In this document: in pieces, positions 36,442 to 46,695 of the stretch | Layout of the letters: every line of letters begins with the position of its first letter | Position numbering within the stretch: the first letter of the stretch is position 1 | Source of the DNA: Salinivirgaceae bacterium | GTDB lineage: Bacteria > Bacteroidota > Bacteroidia > Bacteroidales > SZUA-534 | Direction: 5' to 3' | Length of the DNA: 64,000 bases | Assembly: GCA_017557785.1 (NCBI GenBank) | Contig: JAFYYA010000050.1 | Location: 32,281 to 96,280 of the forward strand | Position numbers and translations under genes: made by a program | Notes under the pieces: generated by a model | The model's database searches: none | What the model saw: only the letters and a program-made list of their open reading frames with translations | What the model was told of the DNA's origin: nothing

Positions 36442-38436
36442 CTAGCCGTTAAACTTCCTTTTTGCCTTTTTGTCCTTCTTATCCTTTTGGTGCTTGTCTT
36501 TCTTTTTCTTCAAGTCAGATTGGGCGGTTGCACGCTTTTTTGATTTGTGACGCGGAACAGCCATAAACTCGGGTTCGTCGTTTCTTTTAGCCTTGCGGCC
36601 ATGGCGGCGTTCAATGTTATCGTTGAAGAAATCGAAATTGAAGTTTGTCTCGTCGAATACGGCACCGTTGAATTTCTTCTTTTCAATTTTCAGGTTTGAG
36701 CGCTTACCACGACCTTTGTCCTTGGCGCTGTCGCGATTGCTGCGAGCGTCGGCAGCCTGCGGTTTCTTTTTCACGCGTTTGGCAGATGGGGGTGTGGTTT
36801 GATTTGTAGCCAGCCCGAATTCCACATTCTCGTTGTCGTACATGACACTTTTCAATGCGTCCATTACTTTCTCAACAGCTTCGTTTTCAATCTCGAAGAA
36901 CGAGAAGTTGCGTTGAAGGTCGATTCGGCCAATGTCGATGCTCTTGTCGTGCGTGGCGTCGTTAATCATTCCCAGAAGGCGCGGAACCGACAGCCCGCGT
37001 TTTGTGCCCACATTGATGAACAGACGCGTGTAATCTTCATCGTTGCGGTGTTTGCGCTCTTTGCGTTCCTTGCGTTCTTCGCCGTCGCTCTTGCCTTTGC
37101 CTTGGCCGGGCTCAACATTAAGGTCTTCGGCCGATTTGTAGTAATCAATGAATCGGTTGAATTCGAGCCATACAACCCGTTTGATGAGTTCGTCCTTGTC
37201 GAGCCAAGACAGTTTTTTCGTGGCCATCGGCAGATATGCGGCAATTTCGTCGTCGTTCACTTCAACACGCTCAAGCCTATCGAGCACGTTGTAAAGCCGC
37301 TTTTCGCAGATTTCGGCGCCGGTGGGCACTTTTTTAAGTTCGAACGGCTTTCCGACAAGTTTTTCAAGCTCTTTAATCTTGCGCATCTCACGCGAATGTA
37401 CAATGGTCATTGCCACACCTGATTTTCCGGCTCGTCCGGTTCGTCCGCTGCGGTGGATATACACTTCAGGGTCATCGGGCAGATTGTAGTTGATGACGTG
37501 CGTCAAGTCGTTCACATCAAGTCCGCGAGCGGCCACATCGGTGGCAATCAGCAGTTGCAGCGAGCGGTTGCGGAAGCGGTTCATAACAGTATCGCGTTGG
37601 TCTTGCGACAAGTCGCCGTGCAGTGCGTCGGCGTTGTAGCCGTCCTGAATCAATTTTGCGGCAACTTCTTTTGTCTCGATGCGGGTGCGGCAGAACACAA
37701 TACCGTATATGTTCGGATTGATGTCGGCAAGGCGTTTGAGCGCCAGATAGCGGTCGGCTGCCTTTACCATATAATACTCATGCTTAACGTTCTCGGCGCC
37801 AGAGTTTTTCTTGCCAACGGCAATTTCCTCGGCATCGTGCATGTAGTTCATTGCAATTTTGCGCACGCCGTCGGGCATGGTGGCCGAAAAGAGCAGCGTT
37901 TGCTTCGTATCGGGTGCTGAACTCAGAATGTTGTCCAAGTCTTCCTGAAAGCCCATATTGAGCATTTCATCCGCTTCGTCAAGCACCAGCCAACTGATGT
38001 TGTTTATTTTCAGTGCACCGCGACTAATCACATCGAGCACGCGGCCGGGTGTGCCAACCACAATATGCGCACCGCTTTTGAGTTGTTTTATCTGCGGATT
38101 GATGTTTGCGCCGCCATAAACGGCAACAATCGACACGCCCTCGGTGTATTTTGCGAATTTGGTCAGATCGTTTGCTATTTGCAGACACAGTTCGCGTGTC
38201 GGGCAGAGAATGAGCGCCTGAACATCGTCCGACTGCAAGTCGATTTGTTGCAGAAGTGGCAGCCCGAAGCTGGCCGTTTTGCCCGTGCCGGTTTGCGCCA
38301 ATGCAACCAAATCGGTCTTTGATGCTATTATTGTCGGGATTGTCTTTTCCTGAATAGGTGTGGGTGATTCAAAGCCCATTTCGCTTATGGCCTTGATAAT
38401 GTTCTCGTTAAGGCCGAAATCGGTAAAATTGCTCAT
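36442..38436 (-). CDS. deaD: DEAD-box RNA helicase (DeaD/CshA type with DbpA domain and basic tail)
   Basis: PTPIQ, AQTGTGKT, PTREL, GTPGR, LDEADEML, FSAT, ARGLD, YIHRSGRTGRAG. Confidence 0.93.
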   Translation of the reverse strand: MSNFTDFGLNENIIKAISEMGFESPTPIQEKTIPTIIASKTDLVALAQTGTGKTASFGLPLLQQIDLQSDDVQALILCPTRELCLQIANDLTKFAKYTEGVSIVAVYGGANINPQIKQLKSGAHIVVGTPGRVLDVISRGALKINNISWLVLDEADEMLNMGFQEDLDNILSSAPDTKQTLLFSATMPDGVRKIAMNYMHDAEEIAVGKKNSGAENVKHEYYMVKAADRYLALKRLADINPNIYGIVFCRTRIETKEVAAKLIQDGYNADALHGDLSQDQRDTVMNRFRNRSLQLLIATDVAARGLDVNDLTHVINYNLPDDPEVYIHRSGRTGRAGKSGVAMTIVHSREMRKIKELEKLVGKPFELKKVPTGAEICEKRLYNVLDRLERVEVNDDEIAAYLPMATKKLSWLDKDELIKRVVWLEFNRFIDYYKSAEDLNVEPGQGKGKSDGEERKERKERKHRNDEDYTRLFINVGTKRGLSVPRLLGMINDATHDKSIDIGRIDLQRNFSFFEIENEAVEKVMDALKSVMYDNENVEFGLATNQTTPPSAKRVKKKPQAADARSNRDSAKDKGRGKRSNLKIEKKKFNGAVFDETNFNFDFFNDNIERRHGRKAKRNDEPEFMAVPRHKSKKRATAQSDLKKKKDKHQKDKKDKKAKRKFNG

Positions 38437-38579
38437 TCTTGATTTTTTAGGCCGCAAAAGTAGTTAAAATCAGCAATTTGCCAATTGGTAGTGGGTTTAT
38501 TATTTTCATCATTGCAAACAGCTGGTCGGAACCATGTTTTACCAATAAAAAATCCTACCCGCAAAGCAGATAGGATTCG

Positions 38580-38669
38580 TGGCGGAAAGATAGGGATTCG
38601 AACCCTAGGAACAGTTACCCGTTCACCGCATTTCGAGTGCGGCCCGATCGACCACTCCGGCATCTTTCC
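38580..38669 (-). tRNA. tRNA-Ser (anticodon CGA), long variable arm, CCA encoded
   Basis: Revcomp GGAAAGATGCCGGAGTGG...CCGCA-CTCGAAA-TGCGG...GTTCGAATC...TCTTTCCGCCA. Confidence 0.97.
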
Positions 38670-38841
38670 GGGCGCAAAAGTAGTTAATTATTGATACCAA
38701 CAACTAATTGGTACAAAAAAAATGAAAGGGTGGTGCAGGCTTGAAATTCGTTTGACTGACAGGCAAACAAAAATCGAAAATTATGCCAGTGTTCGTGTTT
38801 TTATTTATCTTTCGCATCGATTTGAACTACCTTAAATGTAA

Positions 38842-40341
38842 ATGAAAATGAAAAAAAGAGAGATTACAGCCATTGCGCCGATGTTGCTTGCGGCGGCGTT
38901 GATGGCCAGTTGCGACAGCAACTCAAAGACGCAAGCCATGTTCGACAGCATCGAACTGACACAAGCCTACAAGCAACAAAACGAGCATAATCCGCTGGCA
39001 ACTCAGCGTTTCGGCGCCGACCCCTATGCAATGGAATACAACGGCCGCGTTTATGTCTACATGACTAACGACGTGCTTGAGTACGACACCGCCGGCGTTG
39101 CCAAAAACAACTCATTCCAGACTATCAACAAGATTTTCTGCATCTCGTCGGACGATTTGGTTAACTGGACCGACCACGGTGCAATGCCGATTGCGGGACC
39201 CGACGGCGCCGCCAAATGGGCGCAGTTCTCATGGGCACCAACTGCCTGCCACAAGACTATCGACGGCAAGGAAAAATTCTTCCTTTATTTCGCAAACAGC
39301 GGCAACGGCATTGGCGTTGTAACATCTGACACACCTTATGGCCCGTGGACTGATCCGATTGGCAAGGCTCTTATCTCTCGCGAGACACCAACCTGCGCAA
39401 GCGTTACGTGGCTGTTCGACCCTGCAGTTTTGGTCGATGACAATGGCGACGGCTATCTGTTCGTTGGTGGTGGCGTGCCGTTCATTCCCGGCAAGGGCCC
39501 GCAATATGCTGACCCAGGCACGGCTCGTGTAGTGAAACTCGATGCCAGCCTTACCGCTCTCGATGGCGACCCAGTGGCCATTAACCCACCGTATCTGTTT
39601 GAAGATGCTGGCGCTAACAAGATTGGTGATACCTATTATTACAGTTACTGCACCAACTTCAACAGCCCCGAACTTGGCAACGGCCGTATTGCCTACATGA
39701 CCAGCAAGAACCCGATGGGCCCGTATACCTTCCAGGGCACATTCTTCAACAATCCGGGAGATTTCTTCGGCATTGGCGGTAACAACCACCATGCTGTCTG
39801 CAAACTTGGTGACGAATACTATCTGTTCTATCATGCACAGATTCTTCGTGAGCGCATGGGCATTACTGCCGACGGCTATCGTTCAACAAATGTTGATAAG
39901 GTTACTATCACCGAAGATGGTAAAATTGAGCAAGTTACAGGTACATACACGGGCGTTGAGCAGATAAAACCATTCAATCCGTTCAACTACACCGAAGCCG
40001 AAACAATGGCTTGGATGGGCGGAATCGAAACGCGCTATCTTGACGGTACCAATATGTGTGTAACCAGCATTACTACAGGCGATTGGATTGGTTTGGCAGG
40101 CGTTGATTTTGCCGAAGGTGCAAGTCAGTTCACAGGCCGCGTGGCTAGCAACGGCAAAGGTGCTATCAAAATCTGTCTTGACAAGGTTGATGGCGAATGT
40201 GCCGGCTATCTGAATATTAAGAACACTAACGGCCAGTTTGCCAGCGTAACTGCACAACTCGCAAATCCGATCAGCGGCAAGCACGATTTGTTCTTCGTCT
40301 TTGCCGGCGATTTGGAATTTGATGGCTGGCAGTTTAAATAA
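38842..40341 (+). CDS. GH43 arabinoxylan arabinofuranohydrolase (XynD-like) with C-terminal CBM6, lipoprotein
   Basis: Lipobox MASC; FGADP, SWAP, WLFDPAV, LFED, GNNH; EAET...GVDF...HDLFFVF CBM6. Confidence 0.9.
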   Translation: MKMKKREITAIAPMLLAAALMASCDSNSKTQAMFDSIELTQAYKQQNEHNPLATQRFGADPYAMEYNGRVYVYMTNDVLEYDTAGVAKNNSFQTINKIFCISSDDLVNWTDHGAMPIAGPDGAAKWAQFSWAPTACHKTIDGKEKFFLYFANSGNGIGVVTSDTPYGPWTDPIGKALISRETPTCASVTWLFDPAVLVDDNGDGYLFVGGGVPFIPGKGPQYADPGTARVVKLDASLTALDGDPVAINPPYLFEDAGANKIGDTYYYSYCTNFNSPELGNGRIAYMTSKNPMGPYTFQGTFFNNPGDFFGIGGNNHHAVCKLGDEYYLFYHAQILRERMGITADGYRSTNVDKVTITEDGKIEQVTGTYTGVEQIKPFNPFNYTEAETMAWMGGIETRYLDGTNMCVTSITTGDWIGLAGVDFAEGASQFTGRVASNGKGAIKICLDKVDGECAGYLNIKNTNGQFASVTAQLANPISGKHDLFFVFAGDLEFDGWQFK

Positions 40342-40369
40342 CGGTTAACTAATTATTAGAAACGTATTC

Positions 40370-40399
40370 AAAAGGGCGGGAGAGATTCCGCCCTTTTTT
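40370..40399 (+). terminator. Intrinsic terminator
   Basis: AAAAGGGCGGG-agaga-TTCCGCCCTTTTTT. Confidence 0.85.
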
Positions 40400-40581
40400 C
40401 GTGATGAAACCAGTGTGCAGTTTAACTTGCTACAGAGTCGCCCAAATATTCATTACCCTAAAAAACATTTTCATTTCACACCGAACATTTCTATTTTTGA
40501 CAAATTTTGAAAAATGAACGTGTTTGTGTGATACGCAATGCGTAGCGTCTCATTTATTGGAAATTAGAATAGGTTTTGTCT

Positions 40582-41697
40582 ATGAATAAGATAAGTTGTT
40601 TCGCTGTTACAGTTGCTCTGACGGCTTCGTTGATTGGGTGCTCAACTAACGAAGATAGAATACCGAGCCTTTGCGAGTCGTTTTCCGATTATTTTCCTGT
40701 GGGAGTGATGATTAACCGCAGCATTGTGCGCAGTATGAACGACACCGTTTTTGTCAAGAAGCACTATAACAGCCTTACGAGCGAGGAAGAGATGCTGCCC
40801 GAGATTATGCATCCGAGGAAGAACCGTTTCCGCTGGCGTGTGGCCGATGAAGTGGTCGCTTTTGCGCAGCGCAACAATATGAAGGTGCGCGGCAACGCCC
40901 TTATCCGTTACGACCGCATGCCTGATTGGATGTGTTTCGACGGTGAGCGTATTACGTCGAAAGACTCGCTATTCAGCCGTATGAAAACACACATTGACTC
41001 AATAATGACGCGTTACAAGGGCAAGATTTACTGTTGGGATGTGGTGAGCAATGCCGTTGCCGACGATACAACTATTATTCTGCGTCAGAATACTTGGCTC
41101 TATCAGATTGCCGGCGACGAGTATGTTGAGCAAGCTTTCCGCTGTGCTCACGAAGCCGATTCAACCGCCTTGCTCTTCTACAACGATTACAACCTTAACC
41201 GCCCGGACAAACTTGAGCGTACCTGCCAGATGCTCCAGCGGTTGATTGACAAAGGTGTGCATATTGACGGTGTTGGAATGCAAGGCCACTGGTCGCTCTA
41301 TGAGCCGACACGCGAACAGCTCGAGACAGCCATTGCTCGATTCCGCTCAATGGGGCTTCAAGTGCACATCACGCAACTCGATGTGTCGCTCTACAAATGG
41401 GAGCCTGCTCGCCGCACAATGCGCCGTCGTGAGGTAACTGTATATGACGAAGAGAAAAAGACTGCACAATCTGCTCAATATCAGATGATTTTCGATGTTC
41501 TGTGCAAAAACAGCGATGTGGTTACCAACGTGACATTTTGGGGACTCGACGACCGCAACTCGTGGCTGAACAACTATCCGGTGCGCGGACGAAAGAACTT
41601 CCCGCTGCTTTTCGACACCTATCGTTGCCCGAAACAGGTTTTCTTCAAGTTGGTTGACGACGCAAAGGGCGTACATGGTGGCCCGGTTGAGAATTGA
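40582..41697 (+). CDS. GH10 xylanase-fold lipoprotein, predicted catalytically inactive
   Basis: Lipobox LIGC; RYKGKIYCWDVV, LFYNDYN, IDGVGMQGH, VTFWG, SWL, PLLFD present, but WDVVNE is WDVVSN and ITELD is ITQLD. Confidence 0.85.
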   Translation: MNKISCFAVTVALTASLIGCSTNEDRIPSLCESFSDYFPVGVMINRSIVRSMNDTVFVKKHYNSLTSEEEMLPEIMHPRKNRFRWRVADEVVAFAQRNNMKVRGNALIRYDRMPDWMCFDGERITSKDSLFSRMKTHIDSIMTRYKGKIYCWDVVSNAVADDTTIILRQNTWLYQIAGDEYVEQAFRCAHEADSTALLFYNDYNLNRPDKLERTCQMLQRLIDKGVHIDGVGMQGHWSLYEPTREQLETAIARFRSMGLQVHITQLDVSLYKWEPARRTMRRREVTVYDEEKKTAQSAQYQMIFDVLCKNSDVVTNVTFWGLDDRNSWLNNYPVRGRKNFPLLFDTYRCPKQVFFKLVDDAKGVHGGPVEN

Positions 41698-41738
41698 CGC
41701 ATTTTTATTAATTTCGTGCGCTTTAAAATTATAGCAGT

Positions 41739-43553
41739 ATGATACGAAAACCTATTTGCTGGATACCTGTTGCGGTGTCCTACGCAGTTTTGGCGTGGTT
41801 CGTCTTTCTTGTTGTCAATCCGTTGTGTTATAATATCTTTCAGCAACCAGCCTTTGTGTTGACTGCTGATTTTTTCTGGTCAAAAGTCGGAGTGCCGGGT
41901 GGCTTGTCAGATTATCTTCAAACCTTCATCGACCAATTCACAATGTTCCGCTTTTGGGGAACTCTGTTTTTGGTGGCAGAAGTGTTTCTGACGGCATTCC
42001 TTACAGACCGCTATGTGCGGAAAATTACATGCGACAATCCTTTTGTGTCGTTGTTAGTCTATATCCTGCCCGTGGCCGTATCGGTTGTTGCCTGGTCTGA
42101 TGTCAAATATTCGTTCGCAATCAATATGCAGGTTTTGCTGTTGGCTGCGGTGTTGAATCTGCATCTGATTCTGTCGAAGTATGACTGGCATAAATATGTT
42201 ACGCCGCTGTTGGCCATTTTGGTTTATCACGCTTGCGGGCCTGTGGCGCTCTATACGTTTGCTTTGTGCGGCATTTTGGCTTATGCACTGAAACCCGACA
42301 AACGCGAATTGGTCAGTGTGGTTGGGGCGGTGGCAGTGGCTGCGCTTTGGCCGGTGCTGGTTTATAAGTTTATGTTGCCCATCAAACCGAATGCAGCCTT
42401 CTATGATATGCGTCCGCAGGAGCAAATGTTTACAAGTTTCAAGCTCACGCCAGCGCTTTATATGCTGTATGTCAGTATGCTGGCATCAATGTTCATAGGT
42501 TATGCCTACAGTAAGGTTGGGGGAGAGAAGAGGAATCTTATAATCACCGTTGCTGCTGTCGTTGTGTTGGTTGGCTGCACTGTGTCATCACAAAAAAAAC
42601 ACGACAAACCAATTGAGCGCATTGGTTTTAAGATGGAAGTTGCAGCCTATAATAAAGATTGGAACCAGATTCTTCGTTATATCAAGGAAAACAAACAGTT
42701 GTGCGAAAGAGCGAATTATGACCGTACAGTGAATTTTTGTTACGATTGGGCTTTGGCCGAGACAAACCAATTGGCTGATAGGATATTTACATATCCACAG
42801 ATATTGGGTATCGATGGATTGTTTCTTGACCGGCCTACAGTCGTAAATGTATGTCTGCCGGTATCATTGTTTTACTATAATGCAGGTCTCATATCCAGTG
42901 CGTTGCATTATGCTTTCGAAGCGCAAACCGTATACGTCAACAGCCATTATCTGATGCGGATGGTTATTGATTGTCTGATAATTATTGGAGATTACGATAC
43001 AGCTCGTTTATTCTTGGATAAGTATAACAATGAGATGTTCTCGAAGAAGTATTGTGCTGACAGATTGGCGTTTATCAACGGTAGCCATAAAACCGAATTT
43101 GAGAAGCAGAATATTAGCACGATTCGCGAAAACCAACCCAAAAGGGACTTTTACATTTCGGGGCAGCAGAACAATGTATTGCAGCTTTTACTTGCCAATC
43201 GCCAGAACAAAATAGCCGACCAGTATCTGACATGCAGTGCATTGCTGCAGAACGATTTAGACCTTTTCACAAATATGTTGTTAGGTGGTTATAGTAACGT
43301 CAGTCTCAACAATCTGCCTAGGGCCTATCAAGAAGCCGTGGTACTCTATAAGGCAATGAACAAAGAGTGGAAATCAGGAATTGAAAAGTATAATATTCAA
43401 CCATATATTGATGAACAGTTTCAGGCGTTCCAAAAGCTTGTAAACTCGCGGCAGTCAAATAAGGATGAAGTCCTTCGAACCAGATTCGGCAATACATATT
43501 GGAAGTATTATTTCTTTGATAGTCCTAAGGTTACTGGAGTCTCGTTAAAATAA
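41739..43553 (+). CDS. DUF6057-family multi-pass membrane protein with TPR-like C-terminus (copy 1)
   Basis: QQPAF...PGGLSDYL..F..QF N-terminal motif, ~9-10 TM, A.HYAFEA, LPRAYQEA, FGNTYWKYY. Confidence 0.78.
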   Translation: MIRKPICWIPVAVSYAVLAWFVFLVVNPLCYNIFQQPAFVLTADFFWSKVGVPGGLSDYLQTFIDQFTMFRFWGTLFLVAEVFLTAFLTDRYVRKITCDNPFVSLLVYILPVAVSVVAWSDVKYSFAINMQVLLLAAVLNLHLILSKYDWHKYVTPLLAILVYHACGPVALYTFALCGILAYALKPDKRELVSVVGAVAVAALWPVLVYKFMLPIKPNAAFYDMRPQEQMFTSFKLTPALYMLYVSMLASMFIGYAYSKVGGEKRNLIITVAAVVVLVGCTVSSQKKHDKPIERIGFKMEVAAYNKDWNQILRYIKENKQLCERANYDRTVNFCYDWALAETNQLADRIFTYPQILGIDGLFLDRPTVVNVCLPVSLFYYNAGLISSALHYAFEAQTVYVNSHYLMRMVIDCLIIIGDYDTARLFLDKYNNEMFSKKYCADRLAFINGSHKTEFEKQNISTIRENQPKRDFYISGQQNNVLQLLLANRQNKIADQYLTCSALLQNDLDLFTNMLLGGYSNVSLNNLPRAYQEAVVLYKAMNKEWKSGIEKYNIQPYIDEQFQAFQKLVNSRQSNKDEVLRTRFGNTYWKYYFFDSPKVTGVSLK

Positions 43554-43567
43554 AACAATTTAAAAAG

Positions 43568-45070
43568 ATGAAAAAGTTGCTTTATATCGCATTGGGGCTG
43601 TTAGCTTTGGTTTCGTGTTCAAAATCATACGACAGTGTCAAAGTAAACTATAAACCAAATATTTATCCCGATTACACCGACATTGTCATTCCGGTCAATA
43701 TTGCACCGCTCAATTTCAAGGCCGATGGCAAAGCCAAATTGCTTGCCGTTGAGGTCAAGGCTGGTACTGATGTTGTCAATCTAAAGTGCAGCGACGGTAA
43801 GGCCGTTTGGAATAACCATAAATGGCGTTCACATCTTCGTGCTCACGTTGGCGACACAATGTTCTACTCTGTTACAATGGCTGACTCTACCGGACGGATA
43901 GTCTGCTGTGCACCGTTTTTTCAGGTGGTTTCGCCCGACAGTATCGATTCGTACATTGCCTACCGTTTAATAAATACAGGCTATGTGCAATGGGATAAAA
44001 TGGGCATTTACGAGCGTTGTCTCGAAAATTTCAAACAAAAGCCTATAATAGAAAACAAATCAATTGATGTTGCCTGCGTTAACTGCCATTCGTTCAGTGC
44101 ACAGAATCCGAACACAATGCTTCTGCACATCCGTAAATTCAATGGCGGCACGGCGATTTTGTACGATGGTAAGTTGCAGAAATTCAACACGAAAACAAAT
44201 ATTTCTATGTCTGCTGGCGTCTATCCGTCGTGGAATCCGAACGGATATATGATTGCAATGTCAACAAACCTGATAAGTCAGCAGTTTCATAACGATTACA
44301 GCAAGCGTATCTATGTATCTGATTCAAAATCAGATATAGTGCTACTGAATATGAAGACGCAGACGCTGACAACCTGTCCGCAGCTGTCTACTAAGGATTT
44401 GGAAAACCTTCCTAATTGGGCACCTGATGGTCGAACACTATATTATATTAGTGCGCCAGAACGGAAAGGAGAGAAGGGGTATGATGTAGGGTATTGGTAC
44501 AGTCTGTTGCGAATCACCTATGACGAAGCAACAAACTCGTGGGGCACGGCTGACACAGTTCTGCGGGCCAACGATTTGGGCGGCAGCATCACTTTCCCAA
44601 AGGTTTCGCCCGATGGCCGCTATATTGCCTACACGTTTGCCAATCGTGGCTATTTCACGCCGTTCAATCGCGAAGCCGACATCTATTTGCTTGACTTGCA
44701 GACAATGCAAATAACACCGCAGCCCAATGTGAACAGTAATTGTTCAGAAAGCAACCATGGTTGGTCGCACAACGGTCACTGGCTTGTTGTTGGCAGCAAA
44801 TGGCCCGACGGACTGTTCACAAAGCCATATTTCGCTCATTTCGATGGCAATGGCAACTTCTCAAAACGTTTTCTTCTGCCACAGGAAGATCCTGATTTCT
44901 ACGACGATTACACGCTGAATTATAACAACACCGATTTCATTACTGGTGAAGTTCCGACAACGCCAATCCAATGGCGCGATGCCATCAAAACTGATCCGAT
45001 TCCGGTGAAGGCCGATCCGTCAGTTGATATTGATGCGCTGTCAGGTGCAACCCAACCGGCTAAAAAGTGA
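43568..45070 (+). CDS. TolB-like/PD40 beta-propeller lipoprotein with CVNCH motif (copy 1)
   Basis: Lipobox LVSC; IYPDY..IVIPVNIAPLNF, YRLI, CVNCHSF, YPSWNP, FPKVSPDG, WSHNG, LPQEDP. Confidence 0.8.
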   Translation: MKKLLYIALGLLALVSCSKSYDSVKVNYKPNIYPDYTDIVIPVNIAPLNFKADGKAKLLAVEVKAGTDVVNLKCSDGKAVWNNHKWRSHLRAHVGDTMFYSVTMADSTGRIVCCAPFFQVVSPDSIDSYIAYRLINTGYVQWDKMGIYERCLENFKQKPIIENKSIDVACVNCHSFSAQNPNTMLLHIRKFNGGTAILYDGKLQKFNTKTNISMSAGVYPSWNPNGYMIAMSTNLISQQFHNDYSKRIYVSDSKSDIVLLNMKTQTLTTCPQLSTKDLENLPNWAPDGRTLYYISAPERKGEKGYDVGYWYSLLRITYDEATNSWGTADTVLRANDLGGSITFPKVSPDGRYIAYTFANRGYFTPFNREADIYLLDLQTMQITPQPNVNSNCSESNHGWSHNGHWLVVGSKWPDGLFTKPYFAHFDGNGNFSKRFLLPQEDPDFYDDYTLNYNNTDFITGEVPTTPIQWRDAIKTDPIPVKADPSVDIDALSGATQPAKK

Positions 45071-45073
45071 TTT

Positions 45074-45146
45074 TCGGACAACAGACAACAGATTTCAGAC
45101 ATTAGATATCAACGACTTGTATCTTGTAACTAATAACTTATAACTC
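45074..45146. repeat. (GACAACA)n array after stop and (AACTTAT)n array before next start
   Basis: cggacaa cagacaa cagattt cagacat tagatat; gacttgt atcttgt aactaat aacttat aact. Confidence 0.85.
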
Positions 45147-45149
45147 CAA

Positions 45150-46289
45150 ATGAATCCCCAAGTTGAAAAGATGTCGCCATTCATTGTGATGGAAGTGCTC
45201 GAGCGCGCCAACGAGTTGCAGCGTCAGGGCGTTGATGTGATTCATCTTGAGGTTGGTGAGCCTGATTTTGATATTCCCGAGTGCGTGTCGCAAGCAACGG
45301 TTGAAGCATTACAGAAGTCGAAAACGCACTATACGCACTCATTGGGTGACTTCGCTTTGCGGCAGGCAATTGCCGATTTTTACAAGCGCGAATGCGATGT
45401 TTTTGTAACCCCGGAATGCGTCGTCGCAACAAGCGGATCGTCGCCGGCCATCTTGCTGGCGCTTATGGTTTTGTGTGAGGCTGGGGGCGAGGTCATTGTT
45501 TCAAATCCGGGCTATGCCTGCTACAGCAATTTCATTTTGGCTTGCGGTGGCATTCCGGTTGAGGTTTCGCTCAAGGCGGAAGACGGCTTTCAGTTCGATG
45601 TTGAGGCTGTTAAGCGGGCCATCACACCCAAAACACGCGCCATCTTCATCAACTCACCAATGAATCCCACGGGTACACTTTTGAGTGCCAATGTGATGTC
45701 AGAGTTGGCGAAGTTGGATGTGCCGATTCTTTCCGACGAGATTTACCACGGCCTTGTTTATGAAGGGCGGGCGCACTCGATGCTTGAGTTCACCAACAAT
45801 GCGTTCATTCTTAACGGATTCAGCAAGCGTTTTGCAATGACGGGTTTGCGATTGGGCTATCTGATTGCGCCGCAGCAATATATGCGCAGTTTGCAAATCT
45901 TGCAGCAGAATCTTTTCATTTGTGCACCGTCGCTGGCGCAGTATGCCGGAATTGCAGCCTTGCAGAGTGCTGACGCCGATGTGGCCGCAATGCGCCAGAC
46001 CTACAACGAGCGTCGCATCTATATGATTGACCGTCTGCGGCAGATGGGCTTCACCATTCACACCGAACCGCAGGGCGCCTTCTACATCTTTGCCGACGCC
46101 AGCCGTTTCACTACCGACTCATACAAGTTCGCCTTCGACATTCTCGAAAAAGCCCACGTTGGCGTAACGCCTGGCACCGATTTCGGCTCGAACGGCGAAG
46201 GTTTCATCCGTTTCTCGTACGCCAATTCGCTCGAAAACATCGCGAAGGCGCTTGACCGCATTGCCGACTATCTGCAAAAAATAGGTTGA
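45150..46289 (+). CDS. Class I/II PLP-dependent aminotransferase
   Basis: VIHLEVGEPDF, NSPMNPTG, SDEIYHG, NGFSKRFAMTGLRLG, PQGAFY, IRFSYA. Confidence 0.93.
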   Translation: MNPQVEKMSPFIVMEVLERANELQRQGVDVIHLEVGEPDFDIPECVSQATVEALQKSKTHYTHSLGDFALRQAIADFYKRECDVFVTPECVVATSGSSPAILLALMVLCEAGGEVIVSNPGYACYSNFILACGGIPVEVSLKAEDGFQFDVEAVKRAITPKTRAIFINSPMNPTGTLLSANVMSELAKLDVPILSDEIYHGLVYEGRAHSMLEFTNNAFILNGFSKRFAMTGLRLGYLIAPQQYMRSLQILQQNLFICAPSLAQYAGIAALQSADADVAAMRQTYNERRIYMIDRLRQMGFTIHTEPQGAFYIFADASRFTTDSYKFAFDILEKAHVGVTPGTDFGSNGEGFIRFSYANSLENIAKALDRIADYLQKIG

Positions 46290-46410
46290 GAATCAGATTG
46301 TTCAATATCGCGAAAGCGGCTATTGATGGTGAAAAAAATGTTGTTTTTCTTTTGTCAACATCGGTATCGCAAAAAATTATATATTAGTGAGTTTTTAAAA
46401 AATTACAATT

Positions 46411-46683
46411 ATGGCAAGTATTAGAGATTTAAAAAGCGACGTAAAGTATTTAGTTTCAGAAATAGTTTCTGATTGCAGCAATGTCATTGTTCTTCATCCG
46501 GAAAAGAAGGACGACGTGGTGAGTCTGATTGAAAAGGCTCTCGACATTCTTGATTCGAGCCTGAACAAAATCAACGAAGGAAACGGCAAGGACAAGGCAT
46601 ATTTCAATGGTATCAAAAACGAAGCGATTGCCGCTGCCGACGACATCTACAACAAATTGCGTGAGATTGTGGGCGCAAAATAA
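46411..46683 (+). CDS. Conserved small helical Bacteroidota hypothetical protein
   Basis: MASIRDLKSDVKY start; 90 aa; operonic with PNP. Confidence 0.7.
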   Translation: MASIRDLKSDVKYLVSEIVSDCSNVIVLHPEKKDDVVSLIEKALDILDSSLNKINEGNGKDKAYFNGIKNEAIAAADDIYNKLREIVGAK

Positions 46684-46695
46684 ATGCGTTGAACG

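Noticed and set aside
36442-36800. Lys/Arg-rich low-complexity tail of the helicase
   Set aside because: Basic disordered C-terminal tails are normal for DeaD/CshA helicases.
3618-38669. tRNA genes as prophage/ICE integration sites
   Set aside because: No integrase, and no duplicated tRNA 3' end found by eye in the window.
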